Shown: piece after piece, positions 1-9,694 of the stretch | Position numbering within the stretch: the stretch's first letter is position 1 | How the letters are laid out: each line of letters starts with the position of its first letter | Assembly (NCBI GenBank): GCA_035645855.1 | Contig: DASQLU010000067.1 | Coordinates: forward strand, 231-64,230 | Length of the DNA stretch: 64,000 bases | From: Pyrinomonadaceae bacterium | Lineage (GTDB): Bacteria > Acidobacteriota > Blastocatellia > Pyrinomonadales > Pyrinomonadaceae | Reading direction: 5' to 3' | Program-made: the position numbers and the translations under genes | The notes under the pieces: generated by a model | What the model saw: the letters and a program-made list of their open reading frames with translations, nothing else | What the model was told of the DNA's origin: nothing | Database searches by the model: none

Positions 1-1
1 G

Positions 2-280
2 CGCGGGTGGAACGAAGGGTATGAAGTCCCGGCCTTCGGCATCCTGATCGACGAGCAATATCGTGGACACGGTTTGGAGATGGCGGCGCTGGACACGGCC
101 AAAGTGATTTGTCGTCTGCGGAACGTGTCGCGCCTGATGATCAAAATGCACCCGGACAATATCTCGGCCAAAGGCGTTGCGCGGAAGACGGGTTTTGTTC
201 AAACCGGCGTGGAGGCGGCGAGCGGCAACCTGATTTACCATTACGAGATTAAACCCCGCATAGGGCTATCCACGGAATAA
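2..280 (+). CDS. GNAT-family N-acetyltransferase, C-terminal part (5' end outside window)
   Basis: Frame 2 is open from the window edge. RGWNEGYEVPAFGILIDEQYRGHGLEMAALD...GNLIYHYEI aligns along its length with the C-terminal half of the complete GNAT at 2274-2753 (RGWNSGYEIPAYGVLVDEKYSGYGLTRLSL...GNLIYHFDF). Confidence 0.7.
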   Translation, partial: RGWNEGYEVPAFGILIDEQYRGHGLEMAALDTAKVICRLRNVSRLMIKMHPDNISAKGVARKTGFVQTGVEAASGNLIYHYEIKPRIGLSTE

Positions 281-282
281 AC

Positions 283-942
283 ATGGAGCAGAAACTTTTC
301 TCGATTATCACCCCTACTTACAACTGCGGGACGAAGGTCGTGCGGACGATCAACTCCGTCCTGTCGCAGGACAGCGACTTATACGAGTACATCGTCATTG
401 ACGGTGATTCCAACGACGGCACGCAAAGCGAAATCCGGCCGTTCGACGCGCGGATCAATTTCGTCTCCGAGCCTGACGCCGGCGTGTACGACGCCATGAA
501 CAAGGCCATCGAGATGGCGCGCGGCAAGTACCTCTATTTCCTCGGAGCGGGCGACACCTTACGCGCCAACGCCCTCAGAAACCTCGCGGGGTCGATGCCC
601 GGCGGCGAACTCGCGTTCATTTACGGAAACGTGTATTGGGTGGACGAGGCTTTCATCTATGGCGGCGAGTTCGACAAGTCGAGGCTTGAGACCTACAACA
701 TCTGCCATCAGGCGATCTTTTATGAGAGAGCGATCTTCGAAGAGGTCGGGCGGTATGAACTCGATTACCCGATTCTCGCCGATTATGTCTTCAACATTAA
801 ATGCTTCGGCAACGATAAGATTCAGAAGACTTATCTCGATTACGTCGTCGCCAACTTTGAAGGGGGCGGCCAGAGCGCGCGCCAAAAAGATACGGCACTC
901 ATCGAGGCCCTTCCTCGATTGATAGAAGAATACTTGCGTTGA
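283..942 (+). CDS. Glycosyltransferase family 2
   Basis: N-terminal GT-A signature FSIITPTYNCGTKVVRTINSVLSQ...YIVIDGDSNDGT, followed by a DxD-like region. Starts 3 nt after the upstream stop. Confidence 0.8.
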   Translation: MEQKLFSIITPTYNCGTKVVRTINSVLSQDSDLYEYIVIDGDSNDGTQSEIRPFDARINFVSEPDAGVYDAMNKAIEMARGKYLYFLGAGDTLRANALRNLAGSMPGGELAFIYGNVYWVDEAFIYGGEFDKSRLETYNICHQAIFYERAIFEEVGRYELDYPILADYVFNIKCFGNDKIQKTYLDYVVANFEGGGQSARQKDTALIEALPRLIEEYLR

Positions 943-1000
943 AGTTTCCATTATCTTCAATCGAACCCGCCGCGAATTTCTTAGTCCCTTGACGAACTAA

Positions 1001-2293
1001 TCAAGTCGAACTCGGTGGCGTTGCCAGCAGTTGACGGTAGGCGTCGTAGAAGTGAGCGGCCGCGTTGATTCTCCGCAGTCGCTCGGCTTGCGTTGCGCTG
1101 TTGGCGAGGTTCTCCTGCCGGAAGACGCTGTCCGTCAGCATCCGAAAAATAAGGCTCGCCAAAGATTCGCTGTCATCAGGATCAAAGACGAAGCGGCGGT
1201 CGCCAATCGTTTCCGGCAGTGAAGTGACGTGCGAACAGATCACCGGGCTGCCGAGCAGCATCGCCTCGTATAAAGGGAAACTGCCCGCTTCGTATTTCGT
1301 GGGAATCGTCACTAACGCCGCCTGCTCATAGAGCCAGCGCAGTTCGTCTTCCGGGACGATTCCTGAGAAGAGAACCGCCTCGCTCAAATTCATCTCGTCA
1401 ACCTGCGCCAAGACCTCCGCGTGATAGTGGTGCGCGGTGCCTCCCGTGCAAATCAGCTTCAAGTTGTGCCCGCCATCCTGTCGCAACTCTCGCAGGGCTT
1501 GTAACAACCGGAAATGATTTTTGTGCCGCCAGGTGTGCGCCGGGTAGAGCAGGAAAGGCGTCCAGACTTCGTATTTTCGGGCATAAGACTCGGCGGCGTC
1601 AGGCGTCGCCTGTGGTAGGGAAATGTCGCGGAAGGGAATCGGGCAGACGCGAATTTTGTCTTCCGGCAGCGCGAAGTATTTGATCAGGTCTTGTTTGACG
1701 TGCTCGAAAGAGACGACCACCACGCCCGCTTTTTCGAGCGCCTTCCAGTATTGCACGGCGCGGATCGCCCTCTGCGCGGGGGTGAAGTTTTCCGGGAAGT
1801 GCAACTCCTGCACGTCGTGCATGGTGATGATGTGAGGCACGGGCGGCACAAGGTGCGGTAGCTCCCGCACGCCGTACATCGTCAGACAATACGGCGTTTG
1901 CAGATCGGGGTGGAGCAAGGTCTGGGTCGGAAAATGAAGCAGGTCGAGTTCGAGGCGGGCGAGCCAATCTTGCAGATAACGCCAGGATGGTTGAGGTGTT
2001 TTATCCCGACGAAACCGCCCGCCGATTTTATCGAGTAGTCGCGGGTGCGCGTCCGCCGGAGGGTCGGGCAGTAACTCGATTTCCAACAGACCCGGATGAT
2101 CGCTTGCGAGTTGTTTGATGATACCGGGCAGAACGCCCGCGCACAGCAGGACGATGCGCCAGCCGGGTGCGGGATTACTCACAAGAGACGCGAGCACGCG
2201 TTGGGCGTAGGGCGCGATGCCTCCATGCTCTGCGGAAACATCGCCCAACCAAAATCCGATTCGCGCAATCCGGTTAGTGGTGTCTAAAGTCAA
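1001..2293 (-). CDS. Glycosyltransferase, GT-B fold (GT4-like)
   Basis: 430-aa ORF. The C-terminal half has a GT4-like pattern (LICTGG...LFSGIVPEDELRWLYEQAALVTIPTKYEAGSFPLYEAMLLGSPVICSHVTSLPE), including the E-x7-E-type segment. Confidence 0.75.
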   Translation of the reverse strand: MTLDTTNRIARIGFWLGDVSAEHGGIAPYAQRVLASLVSNPAPGWRIVLLCAGVLPGIIKQLASDHPGLLEIELLPDPPADAHPRLLDKIGGRFRRDKTPQPSWRYLQDWLARLELDLLHFPTQTLLHPDLQTPYCLTMYGVRELPHLVPPVPHIITMHDVQELHFPENFTPAQRAIRAVQYWKALEKAGVVVVSFEHVKQDLIKYFALPEDKIRVCPIPFRDISLPQATPDAAESYARKYEVWTPFLLYPAHTWRHKNHFRLLQALRELRQDGGHNLKLICTGGTAHHYHAEVLAQVDEMNLSEAVLFSGIVPEDELRWLYEQAALVTIPTKYEAGSFPLYEAMLLGSPVICSHVTSLPETIGDRRFVFDPDDSESLASLIFRMLTDSVFRQENLANSATQAERLRRINAAAHFYDAYRQLLATPPSST

Positions 2294-2753
2294 AGTGATA
2301 GATCAGGTTGCCCGTCTGAGCGTCAACGCCGGTTTGAGTGAAACCGGACTCTTCGAAAAGTCTTTTGGCGATTATATTATCGGCGTTGACTTTCAACATA
2401 ATTCGCGGCACACGGCGCAGCTTACAAATGCTTTTAGCCAATTTCAGGGACAGACGCGTTAATCCGTAGCCGCTATATTTTTCGTCGACAAGGACGCCGT
2501 AAGCGGGAATCTCATAGCCGCTGTTCCAACCCCGCAACATGAAAAACCCCATCAGGTGATCCTGCCGGTACATACCCATAAAGACATCCGCACCCTGCTC
2601 GGCCAGTAGCGTAGCGACGGAAGCGAGATCAAAGTTGAACGGGGTAAAGAACCGCACATAGGCCGGAGTTTGAGCCAGCAGCAACGCGGAGAGGTCGGAA
2701 GCATCTTCCGAATTAAGCGGGCGAACGGTCAAATTGTCTGTGAAACTCGCCAC
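2274..2753 (-). CDS. GNAT-family N-acetyltransferase
   Basis: 159 aa. Has a GNAT core (MLRGWNSGYEIPAYGVLVDEKYSGYGLTRLSLKLA...AKRLFEESGFTQTG). Paralogous to the partial ORF at 2-280 on the opposite strand. Confidence 0.75.
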   Translation of the reverse strand: MASFTDNLTVRPLNSEDASDLSALLLAQTPAYVRFFTPFNFDLASVATLLAEQGADVFMGMYRQDHLMGFFMLRGWNSGYEIPAYGVLVDEKYSGYGLTRLSLKLAKSICKLRRVPRIMLKVNADNIIAKRLFEESGFTQTGVDAQTGNLIYHFDFRHH

Positions 2754-3171
2754 TCTTGATAGTCTCCCTCAGGATGAGAACCGGAACAACAAGCAAGATT
2801 AAAAAATTGTTGTGCAAATTCGGCGACCAACATGATTTTATCAGTAGCTTATCCCATAACCTTGTCGCCCACATCTCTCGCCGTCCGTAGATTCCCCGAC
2901 AAGCCTGCGCCTTCCTGCGGACAGTAAAGCTGAGCCACGCCGCTTTATACTTCACCGTCCCCAATTTCAACTTGCGTCTTGTACCAACGGGAACCTTCCT
3001 CGCAGTACGCAAAGACTATCTATGTGAAATACGGAAGAAAGATATTACCGGCAAATTTACAGACCGTTAAGGGAACATAAGGGAATAAGTATTTCCGTTG
3101 CCAAGACGAAAAAGTTATGCGGTGTGCCTTAACTAGCCCGGCGCGCGCCGTCCAGGTTTGAAACGGGCAAT

Positions 3172-4821
3172 ATGACAGGGAGTGTAATCACTATGCGAAG
3201 ACTCTTGCGAGCGGCCTATGTCGGCCTGCTGGTAATTTCGATGCTTACCGCCGGAACGTTCAACACGGCCGTCCGTGCATCGAGCCACCGAGAAGCGCCA
3301 TCCACCTCGGTTGACCCGATGGCCGACGGCACGGACGTTTATGCGTTCGTTGACCCGAACAACCCGACCCGGGTCAACTTGATCATGAATTTCATCCCGT
3401 TCCAGTTGCCGCAGGGCGGCCCTAACTTCTACCGTTTCGACGATAACATCGAGTACGCGATGAGAGTCGACAACAACGGGGACGCCGTGACGGATATTCA
3501 GTACGTCTTCCGTTTCCGCACGGTGGTCAGCAATGTCAACACTTTTCTCTACAACACCGGGCCGGTCACTTCGCTCAACGATCCTGATTTGAACATTAAA
3601 CAGTTCTATTCGCTCAGCGTCGTTAGAGGGAACGCGCCCAACACCTCGACGACGACCCTCACGCCTTTGGCCGGTGCCGCCGCCGGATCGCCGGCGGGCT
3701 TCCCGTTCGTCGTTCCGCCGGTCAACGTCGGCGTGCGTTCGACACCGAACTACGAGGCGAACCTCGGGCAACCCGCTGTGACGCCCGTGGGCACCGCGTC
3801 CGGCGAAGCGTTGGTCTTCGCGGGTCAGCGCGAAGAAGGCTTTTTCGTTGACGTGGGTTCGGCCTTCGACCTCTTCGGGCTGCGACCCTTCAACTCGGCT
3901 CATTTGATTCCGCGGACGAACACGCCCGGCGTGGACGGGACGGCGGGCTTCAACGTGAGCACCATCGCCATCCAGGTGCCGATTGTCTCGGTCACGGCAA
4001 ACGGGAGCATTCCGACCAATGTCAGCGATCCGAACGCCGTCATCTCGGTTTACTCCGCGTCCAGCCGCACGGCGATGCTCGCCTTTGCTGAAGATCGCAG
4101 CGGCAGGGTCACATTTTCCGGAAATTTTGTTCAGGTCTCGCGCCTCGGCAACCCGCTGGTCAACGAGATTCTGATTCCGCTCGGCATGAAGGACAGATTC
4201 AATGCTTCGCTGCCGAGTATGGACGCGCAGTTCCTCAACTTCATCCTCGACCCGGAACCGGGCAGGCTGTTCGGATATGCTGGTTCACCGCCGGCCTTCG
4301 ATCTTTACCCGACCTTCAACGTTCCCGCGCCGCCGCGCAGCGACGTTGCGAATACCTTTTTGACGGGTATTCCGGGACTCAATGTCCAAACCAATATCTC
4401 CGGGAACCCGAGCGTCGCGGCCTATGCTAATCAACCGGCGAACACGGTTCCGCAGGAACGCCTGCGTTTGAATCTGGCTGTTCCGCCAACCGCCGGCACG
4501 GCGAGCGCGGCCGGCACGGCCAATCGTCTCGGCGTCCTCGGGGGTGATAACGCAGGTTTCCCGAACGGCCGTCGCGTGGGCGACGACGTAGTTGATATCG
4601 AGTTGCGTGTGTTGGCGGGCGCTTTGGTATCGGGCTTCAACGTAGCACCGAATAACCAACTCGGCGACGGCGTTAATCAAAACGACGTGCCGTTCATGAC
4701 GGTCTTCCCGTATCTGGCGACGCCGCGCTCCGGCTACGACTCGCCGACAAGCACCGCCGTGGGGACGACGGATACAAACGCGGCGGCTGTCGCGACGGCT
4801 TCGCCGACACCGAGACCGTAA
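3172..4821 (+). CDS. Secreted DUF4331-family protein
   Basis: Signal-like N-terminus. The mature start SSHREAPSTSVDPMADGTDVYAFVDPNNPTRVNLIMNFIP...PNFYRFDDNIEYAMRVDNNGD is the hallmark opening of DUF4331 proteins. Confidence 0.75.
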   Translation: MTGSVITMRRLLRAAYVGLLVISMLTAGTFNTAVRASSHREAPSTSVDPMADGTDVYAFVDPNNPTRVNLIMNFIPFQLPQGGPNFYRFDDNIEYAMRVDNNGDAVTDIQYVFRFRTVVSNVNTFLYNTGPVTSLNDPDLNIKQFYSLSVVRGNAPNTSTTTLTPLAGAAAGSPAGFPFVVPPVNVGVRSTPNYEANLGQPAVTPVGTASGEALVFAGQREEGFFVDVGSAFDLFGLRPFNSAHLIPRTNTPGVDGTAGFNVSTIAIQVPIVSVTANGSIPTNVSDPNAVISVYSASSRTAMLAFAEDRSGRVTFSGNFVQVSRLGNPLVNEILIPLGMKDRFNASLPSMDAQFLNFILDPEPGRLFGYAGSPPAFDLYPTFNVPAPPRSDVANTFLTGIPGLNVQTNISGNPSVAAYANQPANTVPQERLRLNLAVPPTAGTASAAGTANRLGVLGGDNAGFPNGRRVGDDVVDIELRVLAGALVSGFNVAPNNQLGDGVNQNDVPFMTVFPYLATPRSGYDSPTSTAVGTTDTNAAAVATASPTPRP

Positions 4822-4985
4822 GCGCACGAACACGCGGGCGGCACAAGCGCAGGTGTCGAGAGACACGTAGCCCGCATGTTTGCACGCATACAGTTAGTTA
4901 ATCGCTTGTCGTCATTAGCACGGGAGCCGGATCACTTAGTGATCCGGCTCCCGCCTTCCACATCTTTACTACAGCAGGATAGGTT

Positions 4986-6299
4986 ATGCCGAAGAAATTC
5001 GTGACAATCGCAGGAATCGTGATTGCCGTAATCGCAGTCGTAGTGGGCATCGGAGCCGTCACAAAGCAACCCGCTCCGCAAGGCGCGCCGCAACGGCAAG
5101 AGGAACGCGCTCTCGACCAGCGTGCGACGCCCGCCGACCGGCATGTCAGCATGGCGCAGGCCATTATTACCCGCGCGCCGAAATCTCCGGACGGATACAA
5201 TGCACTGGCCGCCGCCTACACGCAGAAGGCGCGCGAGACCGGCGATTTCGGCTACTACGCGCGGGTGGAGGCGACGCTCAAACGCTCGTTTGAGGTTGCG
5301 CCGGACAACCACGACGCGACCAGAATGCAAGCCTATCTCCTGCTCGCTTATCACCGCTTCAACGAAGCCTTGCAGGTGGCGCGCCGCGCCGTCGAGCAAA
5401 AGCCGAAGGACTACGAGGCATACGGCGCAGTCGTCGATGCGCTTGTCGAACTAGGTCGGTACGACGAAGCAAAACGGGCTGTGCAGGCCATGCTCGACGT
5501 GCGTCCCTACACGGCGTCATATGCCCGCGCTTCTTACCTGCGCTCGCTGTACGGAGACACGGAGGGTGCGATAGAAGCGATGCGTCTCGCGGTTCAGTCG
5601 GCCAATCCGGGCGATCCGGAATTGGTTGCCTGGTGTCGCGTCCACCTGGGCGACGAGCTGATGAACGCCGGCAAGCGCGCCGAGGCGGAACGCGAGTACG
5701 ACCACGCGCTTTTCCTGTTCCCCGATTATCACCTCGCGCTCGCCGCCAAAGCGCGCGCTCGTCTCGCAGCAAATGATACGGACGGCGCAGTCGAGTTTTA
5801 CAAACGCGCACAGGAACGCATCCCGTCTCCCGAAACCGCGATTGCGCTCGGCGACATTTATGCAAAGTCGGGTCGCGCCGAAGATGCGAAAAAGCAGTTT
5901 GAGCTGGTCGAATTCATCGAGCGCACCGGAGCGGAGGGCGGCACTTACTCGCGTCAACTCGCACTCTTCTGGGCTGACCACGACGTGAAACTCGACGAGG
6001 CTCTCGCCGTCGCGCGGCGGGAGCGCGAGGCGCGCTCGGACATTTACACGAGCGACGTGCTGGCGTGGTGTCTCTATAAAAAAGGGCAGTATGCCGAGGC
6101 CAAAACCGCCATTGAGGAAGCGCTGCGGCTCGGCACGCGTGATGCCGGCATCAACTATCACGCAGGCATGATCTATCGAGCGCTCGGCGACCGCCGCGCC
6201 GCCGCGAAACACTTGCAGCTCGCGCTGAAGATCAATCCTTCATTCGACGTGCTACAGGCAGACGTTGCGCGCCAGGCATTGCGCTCGCTCGCCGCCTGA
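4986..6299 (+). CDS. Membrane-anchored tetratricopeptide-repeat protein
   Basis: N-terminal TM helix (FVTIAGIVIAVIAVVVGIGAV), followed by repeated about 34-aa A/Y/L-rich TPR-like units (e.g. YNALAAAYTQKA, YEAYGAVVDALVELGRYDEAKRA, INYHAGMIYRALGDRRAAAKHLQLALKINP). Confidence 0.75.
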   Translation: MPKKFVTIAGIVIAVIAVVVGIGAVTKQPAPQGAPQRQEERALDQRATPADRHVSMAQAIITRAPKSPDGYNALAAAYTQKARETGDFGYYARVEATLKRSFEVAPDNHDATRMQAYLLLAYHRFNEALQVARRAVEQKPKDYEAYGAVVDALVELGRYDEAKRAVQAMLDVRPYTASYARASYLRSLYGDTEGAIEAMRLAVQSANPGDPELVAWCRVHLGDELMNAGKRAEAEREYDHALFLFPDYHLALAAKARARLAANDTDGAVEFYKRAQERIPSPETAIALGDIYAKSGRAEDAKKQFELVEFIERTGAEGGTYSRQLALFWADHDVKLDEALAVARREREARSDIYTSDVLAWCLYKKGQYAEAKTAIEEALRLGTRDAGINYHAGMIYRALGDRRAAAKHLQLALKINPSFDVLQADVARQALRSLAA

Positions 6300-6308
6300 C
6301 GGCTTTAG

Positions 6309-8714
6309 GTGACGTTGATGTTCCACCGCTCGCAATTGATTCGCGCCGCGCGTCGCGCCGCCAAAATAACCTGCTCCGCCATGCTCCTCGTGATGGTGTT
6401 AGCAGGATCGACCGCCGCTCATCCGCTCGGGCAATTCACGATCAATCACTTCTCCCGCATCGAAGTCGGCGCGAATCGCGTCAATATTCGTTACGTCGTT
6501 GACATGGCGGAGATTCCCACGTTTCAAGAGTTGCAGGCGATAGGCAGCGACGGGAATCAGGCATCCGGCGCGGAGTTGGAAACTTACGTCGAACAGGCCG
6601 CCGCGCGCTACGCCGACGGCCTGTTGCTCACGATTGACGGCCAGCGCGTGCCGCTGCAAGTGGTCGCGCGCAGGATTTCGCTGCCCGAGGGCGCGGGCGG
6701 CCTGCGCACGCTCCGCATCGAATGCGACTTCGCGAGCACGATGCCCGCCGCGAGCGACGCGGCAAATCAAACGCGCCGTCTTAAACTAGAGAACACGAAT
6801 TACCGCGAACGCGCGGGCTGGCGAGAGGCTGTGGTCGTCCCCGCCGCCGGGGTCTCCGTTTTTGATAGCACCGCGTTCGGCTCGGCGTTGACCGACGAGT
6901 TGAAAGTTTACCCGGAAGACTTGCTGGCCGCGCCGCTCGACGAGCGCGCCGTTGAACTCTCTTTCACGCAGGGCGCGATGCCGGCGAATGCCGCCGCCCT
7001 GCGCGCACGCGACGGTCGCCCGTTGGGGCAGGCGCGTGATCGCTTCGCGGAGTTGATCAGCGTGCGTGAGTTGACGCCGGCTATCGCCCTTTTCGGCCTG
7101 CTCGTCGCCGCCGCACTCGGCGCGCTCCACGCCTTTTCGCCCGGCCACGGCAAGACTGTCGTCGGCGCATATCTCGTCGGATCGCGCGGGACGGCGAAGC
7201 ATGCGGCCTTCCTCGGCCTGACCGTGACCGTCACGCACACGGCCGGCGTCTTCGCGCTCGGACTCGTGACGCTGTTCGCTTCGCAGTACATCGTCCCGGA
7301 ACGTTTATTCCCGATCCTCGGCGTGGTCTCGGGCGGGATCGTGCTGGTGATGGGACTGAGTTTATTCGCGAGCCGCCTGCTCGCCGCGCTCGGCCTGAGG
7401 TCGCACGATCACGGGCATACGCACGGAGACGAGCACGAGCATGAACATGCGCACGACGCGGCGCACAGCCATACACACGGGCACACGCACGGGCACACGC
7501 ACGACGGCGACCCGACCGTGCCACACTCGCACGGCGGCGGGCGGGCACACACTCATCTCCCGCCGGGAACCGACGGCAGCCGTGTGACGTGGCGCAGCCT
7601 GCTCGCGCTCGGCATTTCGGGTGGCTTGCTGCCCTGTCCTTCGGCTTTGGTCGTGCTGCTGTCGGCGATCTCGCTGCACCGCGTGGGCTACGGTATGCTG
7701 CTCGTCGTCGCCTTCAGCGTGGGGCTGGCCGGCACGTTGACGGCAATCGGGTTGGCGTTTGTTTACGCCGGACGCTTCATCCTGAATCGCGCGGGGGCAA
7801 GGATCAACGGTTTGGCGCGCGTGCTGCCGGTTGCGAGCGCGCTCGTCGTGGCATGCCTCGGCGCGGCGCTCTGCTACGAAGCTCTCGGACAGGCGGGCAT
7901 TCATCTGAGCGACTTGCTGAATTCCCGCGTCATCGGTGACGAGACGCAGACGGGCGGCGAGCAGACGCTGGCTTCGATGGGTGCCTGGGCGGTGCTCGGC
8001 CTCGGGCTGGTCTTCGGACTAAAGCACGCCACCGAAGTTGACCACATCGTCGCCGTGACCACTATCGTGAGTGAACAACGCAACTTGCTGCGCGCCGCGC
8101 TCGTCGGCGCGCTGTGGGGAGCGGGGCACACAATTTCACTCATCGCCGTCGGCATCGTCGTCCTCGCTTTGCGCGTGGCGATCCCCGAACTCGTCGCCGA
8201 CTGGCTGGAGTTCGGCGTGGCGTTGATGATCATCGGGCTGGGGTTGAGCGCATTTGTGCGTGTGCTCAGGCGTCGCCGTCCCGATGTTCATGTACACGAG
8301 CACGTCCACGACGAACGGCCGCACGCGCACATCCACTTTCACGAAGACGGAACGGAACATGACGGCTCCGGCACGCCGCACACGCACGCCGTCACGCGTC
8401 TGGGCTTCAAGCCGCTCGTCGTCGGTGCGATGCACGGGTTGGCGGGTTCGGCGGCGTTGACGCTGCTCGTGCTCACGCAGATCGCATCGCCGCTCGTCGG
8501 GCTGCTTTACCTGTCCGTCTTCGGTCTTGGCTCGATCCTGGGCATGCTGTTGATGTCTTGCCTGGTGGGTCTGCCATTCGTGCTCGGTGCGCGCAAACTC
8601 ACGCGGGCGAACTACGCCTTGCAGGCGACGGCGAGCGTCCTGAGCATCGCATTCGGATTGTGGTACGCCTACGAGATCGGCACCGCGAGCGGCTTGATAG
8701 GAAGAATAATTTGA
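6309..8714 (+). CDS. Fusion of two nickel/cobalt-transporter (NicO/RcnA-like and NiCoT/UreH-like) membrane modules with an N-terminal periplasmic domain
   Basis: - Module 1: HAFSPGHGKTVVGAYL...THTAG, then a His-rich loop HDHGHTHGDEHEHEHAHDAAHSHTHGHTHGHTHDGD, then GGLLPCPSALVVLL.
- Module 2: FGLKHATEVDHIVAVTTIV...GAGHTISL, then a His-rich loop HVHEHVHDERPHAHIHFHEDGTEHD, then AMHGLAGSAALT.
- GTG start. Confidence 0.7.
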   Translation: MTLMFHRSQLIRAARRAAKITCSAMLLVMVLAGSTAAHPLGQFTINHFSRIEVGANRVNIRYVVDMAEIPTFQELQAIGSDGNQASGAELETYVEQAAARYADGLLLTIDGQRVPLQVVARRISLPEGAGGLRTLRIECDFASTMPAASDAANQTRRLKLENTNYRERAGWREAVVVPAAGVSVFDSTAFGSALTDELKVYPEDLLAAPLDERAVELSFTQGAMPANAAALRARDGRPLGQARDRFAELISVRELTPAIALFGLLVAAALGALHAFSPGHGKTVVGAYLVGSRGTAKHAAFLGLTVTVTHTAGVFALGLVTLFASQYIVPERLFPILGVVSGGIVLVMGLSLFASRLLAALGLRSHDHGHTHGDEHEHEHAHDAAHSHTHGHTHGHTHDGDPTVPHSHGGGRAHTHLPPGTDGSRVTWRSLLALGISGGLLPCPSALVVLLSAISLHRVGYGMLLVVAFSVGLAGTLTAIGLAFVYAGRFILNRAGARINGLARVLPVASALVVACLGAALCYEALGQAGIHLSDLLNSRVIGDETQTGGEQTLASMGAWAVLGLGLVFGLKHATEVDHIVAVTTIVSEQRNLLRAALVGALWGAGHTISLIAVGIVVLALRVAIPELVADWLEFGVALMIIGLGLSAFVRVLRRRRPDVHVHEHVHDERPHAHIHFHEDGTEHDGSGTPHTHAVTRLGFKPLVVGAMHGLAGSAALTLLVLTQIASPLVGLLYLSVFGLGSILGMLLMSCLVGLPFVLGARKLTRANYALQATASVLSIAFGLWYAYEIGTASGLIGRII

Positions 8715-8739
8715 AATTGATCGACAAGGGTGCAAAGCG

Positions 8740-9687
8740 TTGTCAGCAGAAAGCAAGCTAATGGGGATCGGCGGTAACGAGAGCGTGCTGGCATCAGCCG
8801 TTCCGGCGCGCCGCGCGCCGGGAACGTGCGCCGGGCGCGCATCGCATCCCTCTTTAGCTTTACCGGAACATCCGCTGATCAAGGGCGGGGCCAGAACCGC
8901 CGCCTGGCCGTCGCTCAATGTTCGCGAGTTGTGGTCGTACCGCGAGTTGCTCTACTTCCTGACGTGGCGCGACATCAAGGTGCGCTACAAGCAGACGGCG
9001 ATGGGGGCGGCGTGGGCGGTGTTGCAGCCGTTCGTGACGATGCTGGTCTTCACGCTCTTTTTCAGCATCTTCATCGGCGTCCCGTCCGACCGTATCCCTT
9101 ACCCCGTGTTCGTCTACGCGGGATTGCTGCCGTGGACGTTTTTCGCCGGCGCGGTCAACAACAGTAGCGGCAGCCTGGTCGGTAGTTCCGCTCTCATCAC
9201 GAAGGTCTATTTCCCGCGTATGATCATCCCGGCGGCGGCCGTCGGCGCGGGCTTGGTTGATCTCGCGGTGGCCGCCGTGATCCTCGTGGGGCTGGTATTC
9301 GTCTACGGTCTGTCTCCGACGTGGAGTTTGTTGATGCTGCTGCCGCTCGTGCTGCTCACCACCGTGTTAGCCATGGGCGTGGGGCTTTTGATTTCGGCCT
9401 TGACGGTACGATATCGGGATGTCCGGCACGCGCTGCCGTTCGTCTTACAGATTTGGATGTTCGCGTCGCCGATCATCTACCCGCAGAGCGTCGTGCCGGA
9501 GAAGTGGCGTTGGGTGTTGACGCTCAACCCTCTGACCGGAGTGATTGAAGGTTTTCGTTCCGCGCTCGTCGGGCGCGAGTTCGACTGGCCTGCGCTCGGC
9601 CTCGCCGCGGGAATCTCGTTCGCGTTGCTCATCGCGGGCGCGCTGGTGTTCCGGCGGCTGGAACGCGTCTTCGCCGATTTGATTTGA
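8740..9687 (+). CDS. wzm: ABC-2 type polysaccharide export permease (Wzm-like); true start probably downstream of 8740
   Basis: LNVRELWSYRELLYFLTWRDIKVRYKQTAMGAAWAVLQPF is the classical Wzm/TagG N-terminal motif, followed by six hydrophobic segments. The first about 50 codons look non-conserved, so the start is uncertain. Confidence 0.8.
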   Translation: MSAESKLMGIGGNESVLASAVPARRAPGTCAGRASHPSLALPEHPLIKGGARTAAWPSLNVRELWSYRELLYFLTWRDIKVRYKQTAMGAAWAVLQPFVTMLVFTLFFSIFIGVPSDRIPYPVFVYAGLLPWTFFAGAVNNSSGSLVGSSALITKVYFPRMIIPAAAVGAGLVDLAVAAVILVGLVFVYGLSPTWSLLMLLPLVLLTTVLAMGVGLLISALTVRYRDVRHALPFVLQIWMFASPIIYPQSVVPEKWRWVLTLNPLTGVIEGFRSALVGREFDWPALGLAAGISFALLIAGALVFRRLERVFADLI

Positions 9688-9694
9688 GGCTGCC

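Noticed and set aside
3133-3903. 256-aa antisense ORF overlapping the DUF4331 gene. Similar long antisense or out-of-frame ORFs occur at 8136-8918, 10088-10807, 18876-19889, 28582-29178, 35290-35919, 42736-43386, 49163-50137, 52194-53081, 53250-54368, 58850-60070 and 60880-62292.
   Set aside because: - Their compositions are Arg/Ala/Gly/Pro-rich and low-complexity, as expected for stop-poor shadow frames in high-GC DNA.
- Each overlaps a motif-bearing gene on the other strand or in another frame.
- No motifs were recognised in any of them.
7385-7560. Apparent DNA microsatellite cacacgggcacacgcacgggcacacgcacg and related His-codon repeats (also 8280-8400)
   Set aside because: These are the coding sequence of the His-rich loops (HTHGHTHGHTH) of the metal transporter, not independent repeat elements.
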